From a virus: a stretch of DNA of 64,000 nucleotides. Positions 29,895 through 40,729 of this stretch are shown here, one piece after another. The DNA lies in IMG/VR virus record IMGVR_UViG_3300048104_000741, positions 1 through 64,000 of that record; one strand, given 5' to 3'. How positions within the stretch are numbered: the stretch's first letter is position 1; each line of letters starts with the position of its first letter. A program made the position numbers and the translations under genes. The notes below the pieces were generated by a model. It was not told the DNA's origin, did not search any database, and was given only the letters and a program-made list of their open reading frames with translations.

Positions 29895-30086
29895 TTAATT
29901 GGGTCGAGTTTCTAAATAATCAATAATTTTGCTTCTAACTATATTGTTTTTCACGGAATTTTTTATAAATTTGCTCAAACTTATATTATCTTTTTTAGCG
30001 TGGCTCTGCCATCTTTCAAATTCTTCTTCACTAACCTCCAATAAAATCTTTTTGACGAGATTTTCTGATGACTTGTTTGTTTGCAT
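29895..30086 (-). CDS. Ribbon-helix-helix-like DNA-binding protein
   Basis: ILLEVSEEEFERWQSHA...ISLSKFIK; GTGTA-N9-ATG upstream. Confidence 0.6.
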   Translation of the reverse strand: MQTNKSSENLVKKILLEVSEEEFERWQSHAKKDNISLSKFIKNSVKNNIVRSKIIDYLETRPN

Positions 30087-30146
30087 AAAGAATGATACAC
30101 GAAAAAGTTTGACAACTCCTTACTTTTGTGATTGAATATTTCTTAT

Positions 30147-30971
30147 ATGAAAACAGAATACATAAAATTAACAGAGTTGTGGTTTGAACGCGAATATGCT
30201 GAATTAGGGCATATCATAAAAGAAGAAAGCTGGAGTCATGCTGAAGTAGCTGAATTCTGCTCTTATTTTGCAAAATACGTTGGTCTAAAAGACTTGAGCG
30301 TACTTTACAAGTTCTTATAAGTGGAAGATATTTCCTTAGCTTGGGATACTTTTGATTTTTATGCTTCCTTAATCTCAAAGAAAGAGGGAGTTTTTGAAAA
30401 AATGACAAACAGATCTCATGAATTTTTAAGCACTTCTAAAATCTCAGACAGAAATAAAGCTTATTTAAAAGAAATAATAGAGCTTTCCGACATTCTTTCA
30501 AACGACTATAGAAAACAAAACCTAGTTTTAATTGATTTAATAAAAATCTACAACTACAAATTAAAAAATGGAATTGCTATACCGATTGAAAATGATGTTT
30601 CTGTCGAATATCTTCTTGAATTAAAAGACCTAAACGAAAACTTGTTAAAGGAGTTAAAAATTCAGAAAAATCTTTTTTTAGATTTTTTAAGTTGACTCTT
30701 CAATAAAAACCTAATATAAAATATAACCATGAAAAGAGGAAGACCAAAAGGATATAATCCTTATACAGAAATAAGTTACGAAGAATTATCGGATTGGGTA
30801 GGCAGAAAGACAAAAGTACCTGTCTCTAAAAAATGGCTTCAATCCCTAATGGGGGAAGACAACTCTTCTCAGAAAGAAGATATTTCCCTTGACAATGATA
30901 GTGAAGCAACTTATAGTAAGGATATTGACTCAAAAATAGAATACACATTAACAAACTTCAATAATGAATAA
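30147..30971 (+). other. Three hypothetical ORFs (30147-30320, 30321-30695, 30729-30971; the last has an AT-hook-like KRGRPK)
   Basis: ORF track. Confidence 0.5.
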
Positions 30972-31890
30972 TTACTTCAAAGACTTAATAGGGCAAACGG
31001 CAGTAAAGAAAAAGTTGTCTTTTTACTTAGATGCCTTTCATAAAACCTCTCAAGCTCCTTTCTTGTTGATGGCAGGAGCAAAGGGCTTGGGTAAAACAGA
31101 GTTTGCAAAAGCTTTTGGCAAAAACCTATATAACCAAGATGGAGAAAAAAGAACTTTCTTAGAGTTAAATTGTTCTACAATAAAAAATAACGAACAATTT
31201 TTTGAGCAAATTTTCTTGCCCTTAATAGCAGACAACGAAATCACTATTTTATTTGACGAATGCCATGCGTTGCCCACTGACCTAACAATGGCTTTTCTGA
31301 CTATTTTTAATACGGAAGCTAATTCTCGAAAAAATTTCGTATGGAATGATATGTCTTTTGAGTTTAATTTTAAAAATCAGACCTTTATTTTCGCTACAAC
31401 AGAAACAGATAAGATTTTCCCGCCATTGAAGGACAGGTTGACTACGATTGATTTTGAGCCTTACGAATCTTCGGAGTTGTCTGAAATAGTAAAATTGTGC
31501 GTACCGCATTTAAAGTTCGTTGATGGAGTTGATGATCTAATTGCGCCTACAATAAGGGGTAATGCTAGAAGCGCAGTAAAAAGAGCTAAAGAAATAGACT
31601 TGTATTGTGGGGCGAAAGGTAGAAGTTTTTTCACTAAGAAAGATTTTGAAGTCTTATGTGATCAAGTCGGCATATTACCTTTTGGAATAACTTTTACAGA
31701 GAAACAAATTCTTCAAACTTTAAACTCTTGTGGTTCGGCAACTCTAACAGGTTTAGCCGCGAAAATAGGAATGAGTAAAACATCCTTGCAAAAAGACCAT
31801 GAATTATATCTTTTGGGGAAAAACTTAATTGAAATAGATGGAAAAAGAAAAATCACTTCAAGAGGCTTAACTCTTTGTAAAGCTTTATGA
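30964..31890 (+). CDS. ruvB: RuvB-like Holliday junction branch-migration ATPase
   Basis: FKDLIGQ, GAKGLGKT, LFDECH, FIFATT...PLKDRL, RGNAR, C-terminal winged helix with RKITSRG. Confidence 0.8.
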   Translation: MNNYFKDLIGQTAVKKKLSFYLDAFHKTSQAPFLLMAGAKGLGKTEFAKAFGKNLYNQDGEKRTFLELNCSTIKNNEQFFEQIFLPLIADNEITILFDECHALPTDLTMAFLTIFNTEANSRKNFVWNDMSFEFNFKNQTFIFATTETDKIFPPLKDRLTTIDFEPYESSELSEIVKLCVPHLKFVDGVDDLIAPTIRGNARSAVKRAKEIDLYCGAKGRSFFTKKDFEVLCDQVGILPFGITFTEKQILQTLNSCGSATLTGLAAKIGMSKTSLQKDHELYLLGKNLIEIDGKRKITSRGLTLCKAL

Positions 31891-32562
31891 AAATAAACTC
31901 TAAGGAAAAACGTATTTTATTAAAATGCGCGGAAGAATTAAATGAGCTTTCGCTTGAATTGCTTCAATGCGTCAATAAGCCCAACAAGGATAATTGGAAT
32001 AAAATCCTCGAAGAAATTATTGATGTGGAAAAATATATTGTATTATTAAAAAAAATTAAAAATGATTGAATTTGAAGATTTATATTTTGGGTTATTTCTT
32101 TTCATCGGTGTTCTTTTTCTTTATGATTTAATCAATGGACGAGGAAAAGATAAATAATTACAATTGGGGCTTGATATTGTTGGGTGTTATTGTTATAATA
32201 ATATTATTATGGAAATAGATGAATCAAAAGAAAATAAGTATATCCTAGTGGACTTTGATCGCTCTCATGGGCATGAGCGTCTTAGCCCTAAACCAATAAC
32301 AATGACAATCAATGAGGCGTATAAATTAAATCGTGCGCTCACAATGAACCGCCAAAACAAAAGGTATGTAAAATCAGAAATATGATGCACGAAGATATAG
32401 TTGAAAGTATTGCCTACGAAAAAGGTTTAAATAAATGCAAAACCAATTACTCAAAAGAAGAGATAATTACTGCGCATACAAATGAAATAGTAATGAATTG
32501 GGTGAAAGACAATCACCCCGAAATTATTAAAAAAACAAGAAAGTTCGTAGAGGGAAATATAA

Positions 32563-32934
32563 GTGAGGAAGATGCAGAATAGTTTATGCTCAATTTTTGT
32601 TGTTTTATTTTGTGGTTGTCAATCTCAAAGCATTCAAAAGGAAGAGTTCATACCTCCTCCGCCACCTAATATAAAGCCTCCGACTCCACCTCCTAGCTTT
32701 ACTCCATCTATAAAAAGATTAGCTGAAATACAAATAAACCCCATACCGCATCCATTTAGCGTTAATGGCGAAGTTCCTTTTGTCATTTGGGTAGATGGAA
32801 AACGCTCAGAATTAAGCAATTCCGAAATAATTCAATTAACAAAATCTCTGAATATAAAATACCAAGTGCCAAATAATACCGCTGAAATACATCGAGGAGA
32901 AGGTTGGCAATATCCGTTAACAATAAATGAGTAA
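32563..32934 (+). CDS. Putative proline-rich lipoprotein
   Basis: VLFCGC lipobox followed by PPPPP...PPTPPP. Confidence 0.55.
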   Translation: MRKMQNSLCSIFVVLFCGCQSQSIQKEEFIPPPPPNIKPPTPPPSFTPSIKRLAEIQINPIPHPFSVNGEVPFVIWVDGKRSELSNSEIIQLTKSLNIKYQVPNNTAEIHRGEGWQYPLTINE

Positions 32935-33172
32935 AAAAAATGATCCATTCTATGATGAAGATTTAAATGTCACTTGCCCTATTACGAATAAAGATGTGCT
33001 TGATGATTGTCACATCGTAGTAGAGTTCGGTTATGGTAGCGACAAAGATATGACTACTTACAAATTCTCACCTGTTCACGATGAAGTAGGTAAGAAAGTT
33101 ATAGCTTACATGCAATCCCTCATGCCCAAGGGTAATTCAGTAGAAGAGTTCGGGGTGAATGTAATAGACGAG

Positions 33173-33622
33173 TTATTTTAAAGGGATAATCACATCCTTT
33201 AGCTTGTTTAAATATTTTAATTTTTTATTACTAATAAGACCTCCTATACAATCATTAAAATCGCCATATTTTTTAAAAAAATGTTTATTAAATGTTGTAA
33301 TTAATTCTCTTTGGTAAGATTTGACTATTATGTCTCCAAATATTGTATTAATAAAAAATTCAACATGATCTTTTCTATTATTACTGCAATGACTTGGGTT
33401 TAGATTCTTCTCGACATTTTTTATCTTGCAATGTTTCTTTGTTTTATTTTTGAATTCTATGTTATGTTTGTCTAAGTCAATTAGCCATTCTTCTTTTTTG
33501 CATTTTATCCATATTTTTTCTATATAACCATTTGGCATAGATACGGAGCTTAAAGTATTAACTTTGGCGTTTATAATAAAGTCTTCACCTTGAAACATTG
33601 CTACAAAATATGGTAATTTCAT
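33173..33622 (-). CDS. Hypothetical protein resembling the part of a vWD-like domain that follows GDPH
   Basis: Begins MKLPYFVAMFQGEDFIINAKV and ends ...CIGGLIS; divergent from the GDPH-ending ORF. Confidence 0.55.
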   Translation of the reverse strand: MKLPYFVAMFQGEDFIINAKVNTLSSVSMPNGYIEKIWIKCKKEEWLIDLDKHNIEFKNKTKKHCKIKNVEKNLNPSHCSNNRKDHVEFFINTIFGDIIVKSYQRELITTFNKHFFKKYGDFNDCIGGLISNKKLKYLNKLKDVIIPLK

Positions 33623-33641
33623 TTTTTTTGTGTATTCAATA

Positions 33642-34409
33642 ATGAATACACAAAACATTATGGCTATTTATTATTATAAATTTCAAAAAACTGAAGCCAC
33701 ATGGACATTTACGAATTCTAGTCAAGTTTCTGAGGATGGATGGGATATTTCTGAATTTGATGGTGACCCAAGGGGTACTGCTAGGGTTGCTGATTGGAGT
33801 GATTTATCAAGTTTTGACGAAAACGATTATGATGCCTTAAAGGAAGTTTTTGGAATAACTGAAAATACGGGACTTGGTTGGACAAGTTTCGATGGAGATA
33901 CTCAAAGAACTTCGGGAAATAAATACTACAAAGCTAGTTTTAACAATAATAGAGCTTATTACTCTGTGATTTCAGTAGGTACTGACTACTCAGGAGGCTA
34001 TCAGCAAACTAACTCTATATCATCAAATCCAATTAAAAATTTAAAAATTGGCTCGTGGAGATTTGCTAATTACCCTGCTTTGGTTTATTTTCCAAATTAC
34101 AAAGCAAATGGTGGACATAGCACTCTAATTATAAATGGTAGCATTAGCGTTAATTGGAGCGATGCAAATAATAGATTTCAATCTTCAGACGGAAATACTA
34201 CTCTTAGTCATAATGGAACAACTTGGGTAGGAGATGCCGAAGGCACTTCTTCTACATCTACTTTAAATGGTTCTAATGTTAAATATTATGTTGACCCTGT
34301 AAGTTCAGACATAGATTGGACAAACAGCCTATCAGTTTCCCTACCTTCTTCTAGCGCTCAAGGAGATCCCCACATCAATCCACTTTTTGGCGATAAATAC
34401 ACAATTTAA
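33642..34409 (+). CDS. S/T/G/N-rich beta protein ending in a GDPH motif
   Basis: C-terminus SAQGDPHINPLFGDKYTI*. Confidence 0.7.
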   Translation: MNTQNIMAIYYYKFQKTEATWTFTNSSQVSEDGWDISEFDGDPRGTARVADWSDLSSFDENDYDALKEVFGITENTGLGWTSFDGDTQRTSGNKYYKASFNNNRAYYSVISVGTDYSGGYQQTNSISSNPIKNLKIGSWRFANYPALVYFPNYKANGGHSTLIINGSISVNWSDANNRFQSSDGNTTLSHNGTTWVGDAEGTSSTSTLNGSNVKYYVDPVSSDIDWTNSLSVSLPSSSAQGDPHINPLFGDKYTI

Positions 34410-34521
34410 TTTTTATCGTGTGTGGAAAAGTTTTTAGATTTTTATTTGATCTTATTATAATGTTTTTCGCTTTTTGGTATTACTTACTAATAGAGCCAGT
34501 AGTAAAATATTTTCGAGGTTA

Positions 34522-34605
34522 TTAACTAGAAGGGAAAAATATAAATATTAAAGCTATAAACATAGCTGAATATAAAAAAATATTCCATACGCTTTCGATT
34601 TCCAT
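34522..34605 (-). CDS. 27-aa single-pass membrane peptide
   Basis: MEIESVWNIFLYSAMFIALIFIFFPSS; GTGTA motif 10 nt upstream. Confidence 0.4.
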   Translation of the reverse strand: MEIESVWNIFLYSAMFIALIFIFFPSS

Positions 34606-34663
34606 AAGAAAAGAATACACAAAAAGGCTTGACATTGTTTATTTTTTGTAGTAATGTGTTGGT

Positions 34664-35665
34664 ATGACACAAATATTAGGATTAACTTGTATAAGCGAAC
34701 AACTTAAAGATAAAGATAAAAAAAAATACTCATTTCGCACGATGACTCGCAAAAGATTCAACGATTTGTGTAATCTAAAAAATAGAGATGAAGCAGTCAA
34801 ACAATTATCTGAAAGAATTTTGCACAATGTTATTGTTACTCAATATATTATCAATCATTGTAATTCCTCAGATATTAGGCATTATCGTCTTAGTTCTGCT
34901 CTTTTTCCTCTCCTTACCGATAAAACTTTGGCTTTATCTTTTGAAGATTTGCCGAACCATGCTCAAATCGACCAAGAGTTAAGATTCGCAGGTTTAATTG
35001 CGCAAACTTTTAAAATATCAATCGGTTCTCACCCCGACCAATTCAATGTTCTTGCTTCAAATAATCGAGATGCAGTTGATCGCACAATAAATGAATTAAA
35101 TTTCCAAGCTAGTATTCTTGACAAGTTGGGTCTACCTCAAGACCATACTGCACCAATGAATATTCATATCAACTACACCCCACAAGCAGATGAAACATTA
35201 GAGCTTGTCGCAACTAGATTTTTTCGCAATCTCTCCATGTGCGATAAAGGAGTTTATAAGCGTTTGACTATCGAGAACGAAGATAAAGGCTTCTTCAATG
35301 TAGATAATTGCATTAAATTTAGTGACTATTTATTTGAAACATTTAAAGCGAATATACCTGTCTGCTTTGATAATTTACATCATATGTGCAATCCATCAGA
35401 AGAATCTTCCATTAAGTGGCAAGCCGAGCGTTGCGCCTACACATGGGTTAACCAAGGAGAAGGTGAACATGATTTTATCGCTCCTGTTTTTCATTGGTCA
35501 GAGGGCAAACCCGAAAAGCCTCGTTCTCATGCAGATTATTTTGCTCTTGGCAATATTCCACCTATAATTGCCATCGACCCAAATAAAGAAGCTAAATGGG
35601 AGTGCGAAGTGAAACAAAAAGATAAAGCAATAAAAATTTTACGCAATAATTTAATTACTGCATGA
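34664..35665 (+). CDS. uvsE: UV damage endonuclease
   Basis: LGLTCI, YRLSSALFP, HPDQFNVL, NIH, LTIENED, FDNLHH, HWSE, SHADY, ECEVKQKD. Confidence 0.9.
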   Translation: MTQILGLTCISEQLKDKDKKKYSFRTMTRKRFNDLCNLKNRDEAVKQLSERILHNVIVTQYIINHCNSSDIRHYRLSSALFPLLTDKTLALSFEDLPNHAQIDQELRFAGLIAQTFKISIGSHPDQFNVLASNNRDAVDRTINELNFQASILDKLGLPQDHTAPMNIHINYTPQADETLELVATRFFRNLSMCDKGVYKRLTIENEDKGFFNVDNCIKFSDYLFETFKANIPVCFDNLHHMCNPSEESSIKWQAERCAYTWVNQGEGEHDFIAPVFHWSEGKPEKPRSHADYFALGNIPPIIAIDPNKEAKWECEVKQKDKAIKILRNNLITA

Positions 35666-36213
35666 AAAAAACAAACAGAGAGTTATCTATTGGAGATTAT
35701 GTAAAAGAAAAATCTTTAAAATTAAAAAGAAGGGTTGGAGAGATATTAACCATCTTGTCAGATAATAAGTCTGACCCCACTTTTGAATGTATGCAAGTTG
35801 ACCCCAAGACTTTAAATCCGATTGAAAAAATGGTTGGCAAGTTTAAAAGTTTTAAAATAAAAAGAAGTCAATGCAAGCCATATACTCCTAGAAATCAATT
35901 ATTCCAAAAGAAAGGTTTTTCTTTGGGCGCATTTATTAAATATAAATCAAATGGTAAAATTAAATATGGAAGAGTCACTTGTTTCTTAAACCAAGAAGAA
36001 GGTTTGTATCCTCACTCTTATGATTTAGGAAAACATAATGGAAAAGATTTGCTAGAATGTGTTGAAATAAATCCAAATAATTTAAGTAGGATTTTAGATT
36101 CAGATGATAATCCAAAAATTTTTGTAGCCAACCCGAATAAATGTAAATCAGTTAATGCTTTAGTTAAAAATGACAAAGGCAAAGAAATCATCCCAATAAG
36201 GCTTGACATTTAA
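35662..36213 (+). CDS. Hypothetical protein with two KOW/SH3-like repeats
   Basis: LSIGDYV...ECMQVDPKTL and FSLGAFI...ECVEINPNNL. Confidence 0.55.
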   Translation: MKKTNRELSIGDYVKEKSLKLKRRVGEILTILSDNKSDPTFECMQVDPKTLNPIEKMVGKFKSFKIKRSQCKPYTPRNQLFQKKGFSLGAFIKYKSNGKIKYGRVTCFLNQEEGLYPHSYDLGKHNGKDLLECVEINPNNLSRILDSDDNPKIFVANPNKCKSVNALVKNDKGKEIIPIRLDI

Positions 36214-36249
36214 TTAATAATTTATTAATGTATTAAAAGATTCACTTTC

Positions 36250-37077
36250 ATGGAGCAGTTAATTATGAAGCATCCCATATCTTGTGATTGCAAAAAATGT
36301 CTTGATTGTGGAGAATTAAAACATTTAGATAAGTTTACTAAAGATTCTTCAAAAAAAGATGGTAAAAATATTTATTGCATCCCTTGCAGAAAAAAAAGAA
36401 GTGCAAAATGGAAAGAAAAAACTGATTACAAAGAAAAACGAAAAGTCTCTTCGGAAGATAAATTAAAAAATCTTCAAAAAAAAGATCGTAAAAAATTCTC
36501 ACGAATTATAGGTGCAAACATTGCACACTTTGATTTTTTAAAAAAATATTTTGATCTGTATTTTTTTATTTTAGTTTGTGTCTTAAAAAATCATAACGAC
36601 ATGATTTTAAAAAGGCGGGAGACTCAAAGAAGATACGACAAAGAGAAAAGATGCAAGCAAAATCCCCAATTATCTTCATACCATGATCATTTAAGAAGAG
36701 CTAGAAAAAAATCTGCTATCTTGCCATCTACTAATAATTTAATTATCCAACAAATGGTAAGTAATAGGGTTGCTCTTGATAGCTATGCAAAAGCAGGATG
36801 TTATCTAGCTAATAAGCTCGATCTAGCAAACAAATTACCATCTTTTCAAAAAACTAAATGGTCTCTCGACCATTTAGTACCAATCTCGAAAGGTGGATCA
36901 CATCATCAAGATAATTTACGAGTCTGGAAACTTTCTGAAAACATTGCGAAACTCAATCATAGTTATTATAAATATGTTCATGTAAAAACTCGTTGGGCAA
37001 CAAACAAGGAATCTTTCGATAATCCTTTGTCTCCTTATTTTAAAAATATATTTGACAAATCAGAATACTTGGTTTAG
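36250..37077 (+). CDS. HNH homing endonuclease
   Basis: KKCLDCGELK...YCIPC zinc ribbon; LDHLVPISKGGSHHQDNL...ENIAK. Confidence 0.8.
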   Translation: MEQLIMKHPISCDCKKCLDCGELKHLDKFTKDSSKKDGKNIYCIPCRKKRSAKWKEKTDYKEKRKVSSEDKLKNLQKKDRKKFSRIIGANIAHFDFLKKYFDLYFFILVCVLKNHNDMILKRRETQRRYDKEKRCKQNPQLSSYHDHLRRARKKSAILPSTNNLIIQQMVSNRVALDSYAKAGCYLANKLDLANKLPSFQKTKWSLDHLVPISKGGSHHQDNLRVWKLSENIAKLNHSYYKYVHVKTRWATNKESFDNPLSPYFKNIFDKSEYLV

Positions 37078-37086
37078 GGTATCAAC

Positions 37087-37581
37087 ATGATCGCTACTAA
37101 AAATATAGAATTAATAGATGGCAATTTGCTTGATTTTCCTAATGATATAGATTTTATTGCTCACTCCTGCAACACGCAAAATGTTATGGGGGCAGGAATT
37201 GCTAGGCAAATAAAAGATCGTTATCCTATGGCTTACGAGGCTGATTGTAACGCAATGTATGAAGATGAAGTAGGTCTAGGTAGTTATAGTTTTGCTTGGA
37301 CTGACGCAACTCAGACTAAAGGTATATATAATATGTACACTCAAGATAGAATTGGAGGGGCAAGAGCGGTTGACTACGAGGGCTTCTATTTAACTCTACA
37401 AAATGTCGCAAATCATATCGAATGGCAAATGAAGCACGAAGACGAAGAAAAGACCTTGGGATTGCCTTGGGGTATCTCTTGTGGACTCGCAGGGGGTAAT
37501 TGGAGTGTTATTTTTTCTATGATAAATGATATTTTAGTTGACAAAAGTTTTAAAACCTATATAGTTAGATACCATGAATAG
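37087..37581 (+). CDS. Macro-domain ADP-ribose hydrolase (Poa1p/DarG-like)
   Basis: GNLL, IAHSCN...MGAGIARQI, NMYTQ, ISCGLAGGNW. Confidence 0.85.
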   Translation: MIATKNIELIDGNLLDFPNDIDFIAHSCNTQNVMGAGIARQIKDRYPMAYEADCNAMYEDEVGLGSYSFAWTDATQTKGIYNMYTQDRIGGARAVDYEGFYLTLQNVANHIEWQMKHEDEEKTLGLPWGISCGLAGGNWSVIFSMINDILVDKSFKTYIVRYHE

Positions 37582-38198
37582 ATTTGAATTAGAAGACGCA
37601 ATGAGCGACTTGCACCAAATAGGTGAAGACATAGAAACAATCATATATGCTATTGGAGACTCTCCAATTAAACATACTGAAGATCAACTATTAAATATGT
37701 TGATTGGAATGAAACAATTACATGATACTCGCTATCAAAAAATGTGGGGTATATTTGAACAATTAATTAAAAATGGAACAATATCAAATAAGGAAAAACA
37801 AAATGATTGAATTAGAAAAATCTTGGTTAGCGCCAAAAAAAGCGCAGTTGGCAATAATTGATCTAGCAATAACTCACATTAAAAAAGTTGAGATTAATCC
37901 CGATGTTAAAACCGAAGGAGATAATTTTGACTATTGGAATAGTTATGAACTAGAAGATGGCTCTTTTGTAGATTACAATATCCATTGTGGTGACGAATGG
38001 ACTAGGGTCAAGCAAGATGGTTCGGGCAAGTATGAATATACTCATCCTAGCACATGGTCTTGGGATGTCGCTTGCTATGCGGTTGATCCACCAAATAAAG
38101 AAAATCAGTATCATCAAATAGATACAGATAGAGAACAATATTTATTTAGTTATAACAAAAAAGGGGATAGAGAGGTAGAATTTGAAAATGCATCTTAA
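37574..38198 (+). other. Two hypothetical early ORFs (37574-37810, ~37803-38198)
   Basis: ORF track; TTGACA promoter at 37538. Confidence 0.55.
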
Positions 38199-38433
38199 TA
38201 TATTATATATTTTTGTTTTTTTATTTGGATGCTCTACTCCTCAAAAGAAACCTTTGTCGCTTCACAATTATCCAATGCTTAATGATGAATGCCCATCTCT
38301 GATTGATCGCTCGATTGATAACGAAGAGGGACTGCGCACAAAAGCGAGGTTGACAAATATGAGGTATGTTGATTACTTGCATACTTTAGCGAATCAGCCG
38401 AAGCAAAACGACAAAACTTTGGGGGTTAAATAA
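38182..38433 (+). CDS. Putative lipoprotein
   Basis: FLFGC lipobox. Confidence 0.55.
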   Translation: MKMHLNILYIFVFLFGCSTPQKKPLSLHNYPMLNDECPSLIDRSIDNEEGLRTKARLTNMRYVDYLHTLANQPKQNDKTLGVK

Positions 38434-38633
38434 TTGAGCGATACAATTGCAGTAATCGTCATAATCATAAATGTGATTTTGATTTGCGGAATGATTTGTT
38501 GGTTAGCTTTTTGCTAGATATGGATGCCGAAGATGTATTGGAATTAATTGCAATATTTCTTTGGGTTGGATTAATTACTTATTTATCGTTTTTTAGGTTG
38601 ACATTACTTTGGGAGTAGTTTATTGTTTTAGTT

Positions 38634-39689
38634 ATGAGCGGAGAAGGACACACAACGAGTTTCAAAAGAACGACACAGACTACCAAGTCTAACGAACAAC
38701 TCTTAGAGGAGTTTAAAGGTCTAGTTTATTCTAGCAAAAAGGTTATGTCTCATATGAAATGGTATGGCAAAGAGCATAGTGTTGAGCTTATAGAGCATGG
38801 AGATGAAGAGCAACCAAAGTGGAGGCAAGAAAGCGTTGCAATTAAAGATACTTTTGAATTTTATATTAGCACTTATGAATCTTGGGGTGAAGATTCAAAC
38901 TATTACGAATGTCATAAAACAGAGGGAAGTTTCGTTTCTCTTGCTATGGAATTTGCCGAAGGCAATAATCTAATGTATTTCCCCGATGGTTTTCCTGCTG
39001 AATGGATTGAGCAAGAAATAATTGATGGAGAAAAAAATTGGAATCATTTTATAGTTAAACCCGATGATAAAAACATTGACATGATCTGCGAAGTATGGTA
39101 TCATTATGGTGTGGAAAAATTACAAAACGATTCAAGCGAACTTTGGGGTAAAGCTAAACAAAAAATCAAACAATTAATGGAACATGAATATGCAAGATAA
39201 TATAGTAGCAAGCGAAGATATGGCAATTCAACTTGATAATAATGATAGTGGTGAAGATTTTGTCTTGACAGGTAGAACTGCATGGATTACAATAGATGGA
39301 TATTCACTACATATCAACAATCACGATAATCATATTTCAGTCAACCTCTATAAGAAAGAGCATGAAGCTGAAGACGAACTAGAAGGGTTCAACCACTACA
39401 AATGAGCGCAAAAAATAGCCACTTAACAATTAGATCAGACTTACTAGAAGAAGATGCAGATATCTCTGTGCCTGTTCGCTTCCTTGATTATCAAGAAGAT
39501 GATTATGTAGGGGATAGTGCTACCTTAAATATAGATTGCGAATATTCTACTGATGGTGAGCAACTAGATGACATGGCGGGTTATAATATAATCGTTAGAA
39601 TTACTGACTCATCAAAAAAAGATAAATACAACAATCCTTGGAAAGATAGATTGGCATTCGCAATATCAGCGGATTTTGATTGGAACTAA
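38634..39689 (+). other. Three hypothetical early ORFs (38634, 39184, 39402)
   Basis: ORF track; leaderless-type promoter at 38598. Confidence 0.55.
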
Positions 39690-39702
39690 ATAATAAAAAA
39701 AT

Positions 39703-39993
39703 ATGGAAGAATTAATTAGCAAGGTAAAGCAATGGCATCAAGATAGAAATCTAATTGATGGCTCTGATGATAAATCTCAAGCGTTAAAACTTCTTCAAGA
39801 GTTGGGGGAATTGTCTGACTCAATATGCAAGGAAAAGCCTATTTTGGACGATATAGGGGATATGCTAGTCGTTATGATCAATCTTTGTGAAAGAAATGGT
39901 GTTACGCTAGAAGAATGTCTTAATGTTGCTTATAACGATATAAAAGACAGAAAAGGGAAAATGTTAGATGGGGTATTCATAAAAGAATTATAA
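39703..39993 (+). CDS. MazG-like nucleotide pyrophosphohydrolase
   Basis: QALKLLQELGEL, DDIGDMLVV, AYNDIKDRKG. Confidence 0.85.
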   Translation: MEELISKVKQWHQDRNLIDGSDDKSQALKLLQELGELSDSICKEKPILDDIGDMLVVMINLCERNGVTLEECLNVAYNDIKDRKGKMLDGVFIKEL

Positions 39994-39999
39994 CATAAT

Positions 40000-40311
40000 A
40001 TGTGGAATTACAGAATATTAAAATTAACCGATGGCACTTATGGTCTTTACGAAGTTATCTATAATGATGATGGAGAAATATCAGCGCATTCCGAAGATTC
40101 TGAGTTGGTAAGCCCTAGCGTCAAAGACCTGTTGGATACTTTGAGATTAATGCTTGACGATGCGCAAAAATCCTCTTATAATGTTTTGGAGGTGGATAAA
40201 ATAAAGTTTGCCCCCTTGATTGATGAAGATGAAAAAGGCGAGTCAATTGAAATAGAAGATTTCGCTAAATTTATGGGTTTAAATCCAAATAAATATAATA
40301 ATGAACAATAA
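40000..40311 (+). CDS. Phage hypothetical protein (WNYR type)
   Basis: MWNYRI...YGLYEVIY. Confidence 0.6.
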   Translation: MWNYRILKLTDGTYGLYEVIYNDDGEISAHSEDSELVSPSVKDLLDTLRLMLDDAQKSSYNVLEVDKIKFAPLIDEDEKGESIEIEDFAKFMGLNPNKYNNEQ

Positions 40312-40729
40312 TAATGAACAAATAGTAGTTGCTGTTAGTGGATATTTTGACCCAATTCATGTAGGTCATATAGAATACCTTGAATTAGCTAAAGACTTGG
40401 GGGATAAATTAATTGTGATAGTTAATAACGATGGTCAAGCTAGAGGGAAAAAAGGCAGTTCGTTTATGAATCAAGATGATAGATTGAAGATAGTGGCTTC
40501 CTTGAAGTGTGTTGATGAAGCGATAATATCAATAGACAGGGGGTTGAGCCAATGTGAAACTTTAGCTTTTTTACAACCAAACATTTTTGCTAATGGGGGT
40601 GATCGCAATGTTGATGAAATACCCGAAACGGAAGTTATGGAAAAATTAAACATAAAAATGGTGGATGGCTTGGGAAAAAAAATCAGAAGCTCTTCAGAAT
40701 TAACAGGATTGAAAGAAATAAAAAGATGA
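40301..40729 (+). CDS. Second cytidylyltransferase-family protein
   Basis: VSGYFDPIHVGH, VNND, FANGGDR, KIRSSS. Confidence 0.85.
   Translation: MNNNNEQIVVAVSGYFDPIHVGHIEYLELAKDLGDKLIVIVNNDGQARGKKGSSFMNQDDRLKIVASLKCVDEAIISIDRGLSQCETLAFLQPNIFANGGDRNVDEIPETEVMEKLNIKMVDGLGKKIRSSSELTGLKEIKR

Noticed and set aside
1-32000. Bacterial chromosome origin of the window
   Set aside because: Housekeeping-like genes are divergent and mixed with homing endonucleases, rIIA/rIIB and many tiny ORFs, which fits a large phage.
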